A stretch of DNA of 38,711 nucleotides from an uncultured Gammaproteobacteria bacterium (GCA_964560005.1 CAZLKB010000003.1:1-38711), one strand, 5' to 3'. Counted from the first letter of the stretch, positions 27,403 through 34,495 are shown. Made by a program: numbers and translations. Notes: a model not told the origin generated them from the sequence alone.

Positions 27403-28497
27403 TTACTCCGGTTCCTTAATTAAAGGGTCTTCGGCCAGATAGTTTTGAACCATTCTAGCCATGGACGCGCAATTTTTAGCGCAACCGGAGAGATGGCCGG
27501 CCAAACGTCTTGCATCGGCGTCTTCATACGCCTTAAGCATGGCCTTGAAGCGAAACTGGCTTACCTTTGCCCAGGCGTAAAACCATTCATCCGCGATTTT
27601 AGCCTTGCCGATTAAAGACTCAAACTCCTTTTCCAAAAGCCTGATGTCCGTGGCTAAGAGGACCTGAGCCTTATCTGCTCCTTCCTTAATTAAACGGCGC
27701 GCCCGGGCAACGCTAAGCTGGCGGCGACAGATTTCCCGCGCCAGCTTAATCTGAAGTTCGGCTTGGCCAATTAACGCGGTTAATTCTATGGCGTTGGAGG
27801 TTGAGAGTTTTGTCCCCGAAGATGCCGACATCAGCTTTAGAGTTTCTGGCTCCAAATCAGGAATCGCTAGGCGCTTGCTCACCCACCAATAACCGAAACC
27901 GAAGGCTCTGGCAATTGTGGTCTGGCTAATTCCCATGGATACGGCTTGCTTAAGGGCTCGCGCCAGCTCAAGCTCCGTAATCGTCTTAGCCCGATAGCTT
28001 GTTACCGCGGAATTCAGGAAGGCTTGGGCTTGCTGGGCTTTTTCAATCAGCTCGTTGACTATTTCCTGGCCGGAAAGTTGATTAGCCGACTTATCGGCTT
28101 GCTTATCCCGGGTTTTTTGCCAGATTAAGCGGCGCGCTTGTTTTGAGTTTAGATTTTGCCGGCAAATTTCTTTCGCAGTCTCTATTTGCAGCTTAGGCGT
28201 ACCGATGAGGTTGGTTAAGCTTACCGCATTGTCAAGAGTCAGTCTTTTGCCTGACGGCGCTTTCATCAGGGCCAATGTCTCTTGCTCTAACCCTAAAATA
28301 ACCAGATGACAATTGACCCAAAGTTTAGATCTATCAAAGGCGGCCGCGATCGCCCTTGTGCTCATGCCCATATCATGAAGATCCTTAATTCTATAGGATA
28401 AATCAAGGTCAGAGATTGTGTTTCCAAAGTATGCCGTAACGGCGGATGAAAGCAGCCGCTTTACTTTAGCGGCTAACATAGCTTCACGTTTTTTCAT
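27403..28497 (-). CDS. ParB-derived protein with two tandem HTH DNA-binding domains and no CTPase domain (start re-called at 28497)
   Basis: AGGAG 4 nt before ATG 28497. Internal duplication 'ISDLDLSYRIK..MGMSTRAIAAAF.....WVNCHL' / 'ITELELARALK..MGISQTTIARAF.....WVSKRL', which aligns by eye with the HTH region of 29740-30657. Confidence 0.75.
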   Translation of the reverse strand: MKKREAMLAAKVKRLLSSAVTAYFGNTISDLDLSYRIKDLHDMGMSTRAIAAAFDRSKLWVNCHLVILGLEQETLALMKAPSGKRLTLDNAVSLTNLIGTPKLQIETAKEICRQNLNSKQARRLIWQKTRDKQADKSANQLSGQEIVNELIEKAQQAQAFLNSAVTSYRAKTITELELARALKQAVSMGISQTTIARAFGFGYWWVSKRLAIPDLEPETLKLMSASSGTKLSTSNAIELTALIGQAELQIKLAREICRRQLSVARARRLIKEGADKAQVLLATDIRLLEKEFESLIGKAKIADEWFYAWAKVSQFRFKAMLKAYEDADARRLAGHLSGCAKNCASMARMVQNYLAEDPLIKEPE

Positions 28498-28607
28498 AAT
28501 TCTCCTATTAGCTAAATTTTTCAAAGATCATGGTTTATTTCGTAACTTTATATCTATAACACATTATTCACTCTATGTCAACTATATGTCAATATGAAGT
28601 TTCTTTA

Positions 28608-28642
28608 AATAAAAAAACCTCGCGTTTTGCCGCGCGAGGTTT
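28608..28642 (-). terminator. Intrinsic terminator after the AAA+ activator
   Basis: AAACCTCGCG/CGCGAGGTTT stem with a minus-strand U tract. Confidence 0.8.
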
Positions 28643-28678
28643 GTGGTTTATTTGTTTTTAAAGGATTGCTCTCCCCCT

Positions 28679-29743
28679 TTAGAGTTTAATCCCGAACGCT
28701 TCAATTTTTCTATAAAGCGTTTGCCGGCTGATGCCGAGTCTTTTGGCGGTTTGAAATTTATTACCTCCGGTCACCCTTAGCATTTTCACAATCGCCCCTC
28801 TTTGTTCTCGTTCAAGAATATTCACCCCCTCTGCCTCTGCCTCCTGCTCCGAGACTTTTTCTTGCTCGGTTACTTCAGGAGTGATGCGTAAGTGGCAAAC
28901 ATCTATCAGATGATTATTAGCCAGAAGCACGCCTCGGCGAACCGTGTTTTCCAGCTCGCGGACATTGCCGGGCCAGCTGTACCTCATTAGCGCGTCCAGC
29001 GCCTGTTCGGTGAAACCATTCGGCTCCTTATTTTCCTCCGCCGCCCAGAAACGCATATAGCCTTCGGCCAGCGGTAGAATATCGTCCGGCCTATCTCTAA
29101 GCGGAGGAATTTTAACGATCATGCCGTTTAGGCGGTGCATTAAATCCGGCCGCAGCTTTCCTGTTCGTATCGCCTCGTCTAACGGGCGATTGGTTGAGGA
29201 GATTACCCGGCAGTTAACCTTGTATTCAACCGTGCCGCCCACCGGACGGACTCGGCCTTCCTGCAGGACTCGCAAGAGTTTAGCCTGCGCGGCCAGATGC
29301 ATTTCCGAAACCTCGTCCAGATACAGCGTGCCGTTTTCGGCTTCCCGAAACAACCCTCTGCGTTCTGCGGTGGAACCGGTGTATGCACCCTTGAGCGAAC
29401 CGAATAGCTCGCTTTCAATCAATTGCTCCGGCAATGCCGCGCAGTTGACGCCGATGAACATTCTATTGGCTCGGATACTGTATTGATGGATAGCGCGGGC
29501 AATAACTTCTTTGCCCGTGCCTGATTCCCCGATGACTAAAACCGGGATGTCGCTACACCTTAGCTTTAGCGCTGTCTGAACGATTTCCCGCATCAACTCG
29601 CTCTCCAGCACTACCGGTTTATCGCGGTGCAGCTTGAGCCCTGGCTCTGCCGGCTGATCGCCCTGGCCGTTGCCGTTGCCGCCGTTGTTGTTGCCGCCGT
29701 TGCCGTTGCAGCGATTTCTGGAAATTTCTACGATTCCATTCAT
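28679..29743 (-). CDS. Sigma54-interacting (bEBP/NtrC-family) AAA+ regulator with Fis HTH and no sensor domain
   Basis: GESGTGKE, ESELFG, GAYTGS loop, LYLDEV, 'RPDLMHRLN', WPGNVRELEN and 'GNKFQTAKRLGISRQTLYRKI'. Confidence 0.93.
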   Translation of the reverse strand: MNGIVEISRNRCNGNGGNNNGGNGNGQGDQPAEPGLKLHRDKPVVLESELMREIVQTALKLRCSDIPVLVIGESGTGKEVIARAIHQYSIRANRMFIGVNCAALPEQLIESELFGSLKGAYTGSTAERRGLFREAENGTLYLDEVSEMHLAAQAKLLRVLQEGRVRPVGGTVEYKVNCRVISSTNRPLDEAIRTGKLRPDLMHRLNGMIVKIPPLRDRPDDILPLAEGYMRFWAAEENKEPNGFTEQALDALMRYSWPGNVRELENTVRRGVLLANNHLIDVCHLRITPEVTEQEKVSEQEAEAEGVNILEREQRGAIVKMLRVTGGNKFQTAKRLGISRQTLYRKIEAFGIKL

Positions 29744-30657
29744 ATTATTTCCTTTCGGCCAGCAGACCCGTTTGAGGCGACCGGCTGATTAATCCATTCC
29801 ATGACGGCGGTTAAGTTTTTTACCGCCGCCTTGAGCTTAGAGGCGACTTCTCTTACTTGTTCAGCCTGGCCGGCCGCGATAATCTCTTTGAATTCCGCCT
29901 CCGGCATGCTGGCCAGCTTATCCAGCCTTGCCACCACGCTTCCAATCGTCAGCGCGAATTCCCTAAACAAGGCCGTCGGCTTTTTCTGCCGCTTGGAAAG
30001 GCAGGTTTGCCTGCCCGTGGCTTGAGTTGCCAAGCGGCGGACATTTCCAACTGACAACCGCCTTTCAAGAGTCGCCTTAGCCAAGGCGACTTTATCGCGA
30101 TCAGGCGCTTTCATTAACTCCAAGAATTGGGATAAAGCCAGCCTATGATCCTTGGGTGTTTCCGGACCAATGAGCTTTTGCAGTTCCAGAGGCGCTTTGA
30201 GTATTTGCAGTCTTTTCCAAACCCAGCCTTGGGTTTGCCCGACCCTCTTCGCCGCTTGGCTCTGGGACAGGTCGCGTTCGTCCATCAGCCTTTTCAGGCC
30301 ATGCGCCACATCCCAGTCCGTAAGCGAATCCCTGGCGATATCTCCAACAAAGGCGATTTCAAACTGCTCCATATCGTCAGCCACTCTAACTACCAAGCAC
30401 AGGACTTCGGTTAATCCAAGTATCTGGGCCGCGTGCCAGCGATTTTCTCCGTTGACCAGCTTATACTTAACGCCGTCAACTTCCTTTTCCAATTCCTTTA
30501 CCATGAGCGGTTCGTTGATCCCGCCCGTCTCCCGGATAGAATCAACCAGGCCTTGACGAAATTCCGGGTCAACAATCGTCCTGGGCTGGTTTTTGTTGGG
30601 CCTGATAAAGCTGACTTTAATCATCTGCATCCGTACTTCTCTATTTATGTCTTTCAT
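29740..30657 (-). CDS. ParB/RepB/Spo0J-family protein (CTPase fold + HTH)
   Basis: 'IRPNKNQPR', 'L..SI...G...P..V', 'GENRWHAA' and HTH 'LSQSQAAKRVGQTQGWVWKRL'. Stop overlaps the next start (ATGA). Confidence 0.9.
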   Translation of the reverse strand: MKDINREVRMQMIKVSFIRPNKNQPRTIVDPEFRQGLVDSIRETGGINEPLMVKELEKEVDGVKYKLVNGENRWHAAQILGLTEVLCLVVRVADDMEQFEIAFVGDIARDSLTDWDVAHGLKRLMDERDLSQSQAAKRVGQTQGWVWKRLQILKAPLELQKLIGPETPKDHRLALSQFLELMKAPDRDKVALAKATLERRLSVGNVRRLATQATGRQTCLSKRQKKPTALFREFALTIGSVVARLDKLASMPEAEFKEIIAAGQAEQVREVASKLKAAVKNLTAVMEWINQPVASNGSAGRKEII

Positions 30658-30736
30658 TCCTTGCCTTGCCTTTCTTTTATTTTGTTTTTTTGGTTGTTGT
30701 TATTTGTTTTTGTTTGTTTGATTTGTTCGATAAATT

Positions 30737-30788
30737 ATTACCGCAGCTTTTAAACTCTCTTTTTAGCGAATCTAAAAGCTGCGGTAAT
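30737..30788. repeat. Perfect 16-bp inverted repeat in the leader of the ParB operon
   Basis: ATTACCGCAGCTTTTA (30737-30752) and TAAAAGCTGCGGTAAT (30773-30788), 20-nt spacer. Confidence 0.85.
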
Positions 30789-30938
30789 TAGCCTAATTTT
30801 TAAGGTACTAGCTTTAACTTTCTTTATGTCGTAAAAAATTTTTTCATGACTATATCATTCCGCTCTTACTGCGAATTCTATCATGAAACATAAAATAACA
30901 CCAAAATACTCCGAAAAAGGCACAAATTCTGACTTTTC

Positions 30939-30967
30939 TTTATACCATAAGATTTAATCTGCGTCAA
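30939..30967 (-). promoter_or_regulatory. Sigma70-type promoter for the ParB-bEBP operon
   Basis: TTGACG-17 nt-TATAAA with an extended TG. Confidence 0.5.
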
Positions 30968-30989
30968 GCCGGAGGTAAAAATACCCCCC

Positions 30990-31058
30990 TTGACTAATTT
31001 TAATTTTTATATTAAGATATAAAGTTAATTTTTGGTGAACTTTTATTTGTGGTATAAT
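30990..31058 (+). promoter_or_regulatory. Two candidate sigma70 promoters for the structured leader and FN3 gene
   Basis: TTGACT-17-TAAGAT (30990-31018) and TG-G-TATAAT (31050-31058). Confidence 0.55.
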
Positions 31059-31091
31059 AAGTCTGCCAAAAACGCACATTAAAATAAATCC

Positions 31092-31260
31092 AGGCGCCTT
31101 CTCCGAGGGTATTTACCCTCCGGGAAGATAAAAACTTCCATTCATCCAGCGCCAAACCGGTGCTGGGTTCAGTCCCGCGGCAGAGTCCGCGGGGCATTCC
31201 GGAAGGTGCTAAATACAATTTTGGGTATGATGCCGAAAATAAACTAGCGGCATCGCGCCT
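31092..31260 (+). ncRNA. Candidate multi-branched structured RNA (unassigned motif)
   Basis: Closing helix AGGCGC/GCGCCT encloses five hairpins, with a possible 6-bp loop pseudoknot. Folded by eye only. Confidence 0.45.
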
Positions 31261-31309
31261 AAACAGCAACAAAAAAACAAACAACAAAAGAAAGAAAGAA
31301 AGGCAATCA

Positions 31310-32575
31310 ATGAAAAAAATAATAATTCCCTTGGTCATGGTTATCCTGGCGTTCTGCACCCTAACCAGGGTGACGGCCGCGGAAAGATCCGTCACTTTGG
31401 CTTGGGATCCAAGCCCGTCAACAAATTTAGCTGGCTACAATGTTTACTACGGCGCAGGTTGCGGGCAATATACTAATATAGTCAACGCCGGAAACACCAC
31501 TACGGTAACAATCCCCGGCCTAGTTCAAGGTGTGACTTATTTCTTCGCCGCCACGGCGTACGACACAAGCGAGCTGGAAAGCGATTTTTCCAACGAAATA
31601 GTCTACACCGTTCCCGAAGAGAACTCTTTGGACGAATCATACTTGGCTTCGGCCGAGTATTCAATTGACCATGCCAACGGCTCGATCGTCGGCCTGATAG
31701 AGGCTTTGCCGGCCGACCCTAGAGAGGTGGGCTGGGCTAAAGACCTGGGTCCAGTGGCGGGTGGACAGACGGTAGGCGTCAGCGCGCGCATGTTTTACAG
31801 CGATAGCGTCAGCGCGCCGATTTCGCTCTATGTCGCGGATAGTCTGACCGGCAACTGGCTTAGCCCGGAGAGAGTGGTTTTTATTGACTACACCTACGGG
31901 AGTAATGCCGTAGAAATGATCGTCAACAACTCCTGCGAGGCTCCGAGACTCTATGTGTCAACCGGACACAGAACAGGAGTCTATGAGTTTCAGCGGATTC
32001 AGGTGTCGGTCAACACACCGGCAATTAATCCGACCACGGATCTGTACCTGCGCCAGCTCTTGGTTAAACAGCTGACCGGCCTTTATTCGGCTGAATGGGT
32101 CTGGGTGCCGGCGGCCGGCTCGCAAGGGTATGTGGTAAGGCTAGCTCTTACCAGGAGTGAAATTGAAAAAGGAGCGGCCGGCAATCTGCTTTACCAGCAA
32201 ACTTTGTCCGCCGGCCAAACAAGCTACCGGCGCAACATAGACGCCACCCTTTACAACGGCGTCTACCTGTCCGTCGCTTCATTAAGCGGCGGCGTAGAAA
32301 GCGCTCCCTGGATCACCTGGTATCTGCCGGGAGATATATATAACACGGCGGATGAGGATATTCCGCCGTTATGCTTCCAGGCGCTGGTTGACGCGACGGA
32401 TGTCAATTACGCTTACACCGGCTACACCTCGCTCCGACGGGTGCCGGCCTTAACGCCGGGCCTACCCGCGGGACGCGAGGAACGGACCGATATTGACAAC
32501 AACACTTACGCCGGACGCGTAAGCGACTATAGCTTTATCAGAAGCCAAAATCTGAATGCCAGGAGAATGAGATAA
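31310..32575 (+). CDS. Secreted fibronectin type III protein with a possible C-terminal dockerin-like region (start re-called at 31310)
   Basis: GAAAGG before ATG 31310, signal peptide MKKIIIPLVMVILAFC, FN3 'SVTLAWD.....LAGY.VYYG...TYFFAATAYD..ES.FSNE', and paired Asp-rich 'PGDI...VDATD' / 'DIDNN...D' segments. Confidence 0.8.
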   Translation: MKKIIIPLVMVILAFCTLTRVTAAERSVTLAWDPSPSTNLAGYNVYYGAGCGQYTNIVNAGNTTTVTIPGLVQGVTYFFAATAYDTSELESDFSNEIVYTVPEENSLDESYLASAEYSIDHANGSIVGLIEALPADPREVGWAKDLGPVAGGQTVGVSARMFYSDSVSAPISLYVADSLTGNWLSPERVVFIDYTYGSNAVEMIVNNSCEAPRLYVSTGHRTGVYEFQRIQVSVNTPAINPTTDLYLRQLLVKQLTGLYSAEWVWVPAAGSQGYVVRLALTRSEIEKGAAGNLLYQQTLSAGQTSYRRNIDATLYNGVYLSVASLSGGVESAPWITWYLPGDIYNTADEDIPPLCFQALVDATDVNYAYTGYTSLRRVPALTPGLPAGREERTDIDNNTYAGRVSDYSFIRSQNLNARRMR

Positions 32576-32590
32576 ATCAAACTCCTGCCC

Positions 32591-32624
32591 AGCCACAAAC
32601 AAGAATGTTTGTGGCTCTTTTTTT
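32591..32624 (+). terminator. Intrinsic terminator
   Basis: AGCCACAAAC/GTTTGTGGCT perfect stem plus T tract. Confidence 0.88.
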
Positions 32625-32639
32625 AGCCGAACTAGCGGT

Positions 32640-32648
32640 TGTGGATAA
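32640..32648 (-). promoter_or_regulatory. Single perfect DnaA box
   Basis: TGTGGATAA on plus equals TTATCCACA on minus. Intergenic and isolated. Confidence 0.4.
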
Positions 32649-32785
32649 ACTTATAATATTGTATAATAAAATCATATCATCTAAAATTATTAACATGTAT
32701 CAGGACTTGAGCTTTTGGCATGTTTCGCTATTTCAGTTTGATCTTGAAATAGCCGTAGAGCTAAGCCATGATATAATCTATTACT

Positions 32786-34249
32786 ATGAAGTTAGCGCGA
32801 CCGGCCATAATTATTTTCCTTTGCTTGATCGTCTTCTTAAGCTTTGAGATAAGCTCCGCCCGCGCCGAAGGGTTTGATCCTAATAATATCATCAGCGATT
32901 TGGAAATCCTTGATTATAGCGCCATGGATTTAAATGATATTCAAAAATTTTTGGAAAACAAGGGCAGTTACCTGGCTGATTATTCCTGCTCTGACGCCAG
33001 CGGCGTTACCAGGAAGGCGTCGGAAATAATTTATAATGCGGCGGTAAAAAGCTATGATTGCGATGGAGCTGGTTTAAGCGATAACCCAACCGATGAAGAA
33101 AGAGCTCTAAAATGCCGAAAAGTCACCATCAACCCGAAATTCCTCTTGGTGCTTCTGCAAAAAGAGCAAAGTTTAATTGAAGAGTCCTCGCCCAGCCAAA
33201 AAAACTTGGATTGGGCGACCGGCTACGGCTGCCCGGATTCGGGCGGCTGCAATCCCCGCTGGCAGGGCTTTGGCAAGCAAATTAATTCCGCAGCTTTGCA
33301 ATTCAGAGATTATTTGGATCGGCCGCAACTTTATACCTACCGAGCGGGTGAGACTTATACGGTTAAAAATACCAATCAGCCTGATTCTACCGTAACGCCG
33401 GCGAACCAGGCTACGGCCGCGCTTTACAACTATACGCCGCATGTTTATAACGGCAATTATAACTTTTATAAAATTTGGCGCAGATACTTCGCTAAAGCCT
33501 ACCCGGACGGCTCGCTTTTGCAGGTTGACGGCGAAGCCGGGGTTTGGCTTCTGCAGAACGGGCTGAAGAGGCCATTCCTATCTAAGAGCGCTCTAGCCTC
33601 CCGTTTTGATATTAACAAGATCATTAAAATAAATAAATCTGATTTAGATAAATACGAGACCGGTGTGCCGATTAAATTCCCCCAATACTCTTTAATTAAA
33701 TCGCCGCGCGGAACTATTTTCCTGTTAGTCGATGATAAAAAACGCGGTTTTACTTCCATGGAAGCGTTTCGCAGAATGGGCTTTAACCCCAGCGAGGTCA
33801 TAAACGCCAGCTGGGATGATATTAATTATTACGCTGACGGCACTCCGATTACGGCCACCTCCACCTATCCGACCGGCGCTTTACTGCAAAATAACAAAAC
33901 CGGCGGTATTTATTATGTAATTGAAGGAATAAAATCCCCGCTAGTTGACAGAATATTTTTAACCACCGCCTTTAAAAATAAAAAAATTATAAAAGTATCG
34001 CCGGCCGAACTTGAGCAATATCCGGCTATAAAACCGTATTTATTCGCCGACGGAGAACTGCTGAAAACTAAAGATTCTCCTTACACCTATGTAATTTCCG
34101 GCGGCAAGAAACTGCTTATATCATCGGATAAAATATTCAATAGCCTTGGCTTTAAAACGGAAAATATCATAATCGTGCCTTCAAGTCTATTGTATTTATA
34201 CGAAGCCGGCGCGCCGATAACGGAAGCCGTGGTCAATGACGAGCCATAG
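32786..34249 (+). CDS. Secreted protein with a conserved N-terminal domain (possibly lysozyme-like) and C-terminal surface repeats
   Basis: Signal peptide, 'INPKFLLVLLQKEQSLI...ATGYGCPD...GFGKQINSAA', then repeated 'DGSLL...V.L...G.KR.F' units. Preceded by TG-A-TATAAT 8 nt upstream. Confidence 0.75.
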   Translation: MKLARPAIIIFLCLIVFLSFEISSARAEGFDPNNIISDLEILDYSAMDLNDIQKFLENKGSYLADYSCSDASGVTRKASEIIYNAAVKSYDCDGAGLSDNPTDEERALKCRKVTINPKFLLVLLQKEQSLIEESSPSQKNLDWATGYGCPDSGGCNPRWQGFGKQINSAALQFRDYLDRPQLYTYRAGETYTVKNTNQPDSTVTPANQATAALYNYTPHVYNGNYNFYKIWRRYFAKAYPDGSLLQVDGEAGVWLLQNGLKRPFLSKSALASRFDINKIIKINKSDLDKYETGVPIKFPQYSLIKSPRGTIFLLVDDKKRGFTSMEAFRRMGFNPSEVINASWDDINYYADGTPITATSTYPTGALLQNNKTGGIYYVIEGIKSPLVDRIFLTTAFKNKKIIKVSPAELEQYPAIKPYLFADGELLKTKDSPYTYVISGGKKLLISSDKIFNSLGFKTENIIIVPSSLLYLYEAGAPITEAVVNDEP

Positions 34250-34279
34250 ATAAGGATGCAAAATGTAAATCTCAAAGTT

Positions 34280-34336
34280 AAAAATGCTAGCTCCGCTAGC
34301 ACCCCGCAGATGCGGGGTCATTGCAGAGCAATGACA
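34280..34336 (+). repeat. 57-bp triple-hairpin repeat, copy 2, within an AT-rich quasi-palindrome
   Basis: Identical to 20885-20941. Confidence 0.92.
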
Positions 34337-34495
34337 GTTTAAAATACAAAATGTCTAACTACTCTCATTTCAATATTTTTTGGTGGTTAGAAACTGGATA
34401 TTAGTTAAAAATTGGGTTAATTAGATATTATAAATTTCATTTTTAACTTTACATTGTCATTTTTCATTTTGATATTTAAACTTTAAACTAACCAT

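Noticed and set aside
30918-30932. Sigma54 -24/-12 promoter (AGGCACAAATTCTGA)
   Set aside because: It has GA rather than GC at -12 and lacks the TGGCAC...TTGC consensus, so it is a near miss expected by chance.
31088-31235. SAM-I riboswitch or SRP RNA assignment for the structured leader
   Set aside because: There is no kink-turn, about 65 extra nt lie between the P2-like and P3-like parts, and P1 would be only 3-4 bp. CCGGAAGG lacks the SRP helix-8 internal loops. Kept as an unassigned motif.
31012-31395. 127-aa minus-strand ORF and the 50-aa N-terminal extension of the FN3 ORF (31160 start)
   Set aside because: Both read through the structured leader and the low-complexity A-rich tract. 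The SD-like motif and signal peptide point to ATG 31310.
32640-32648. Replication origin
   Set aside because: Only one DnaA box, with no box cluster and no dnaA/dnaN nearby.
32605-32847. 80-aa ORF
   Set aside because: It starts inside a terminator hairpin, crosses promoter sequence and overlaps the next gene.
20885-34336. Composite transposon bounded by the 57-bp direct repeats
   Set aside because: No transposase or integrase is present, and the interval contains core clpB whose CIRCE promoter lies outside the repeat.
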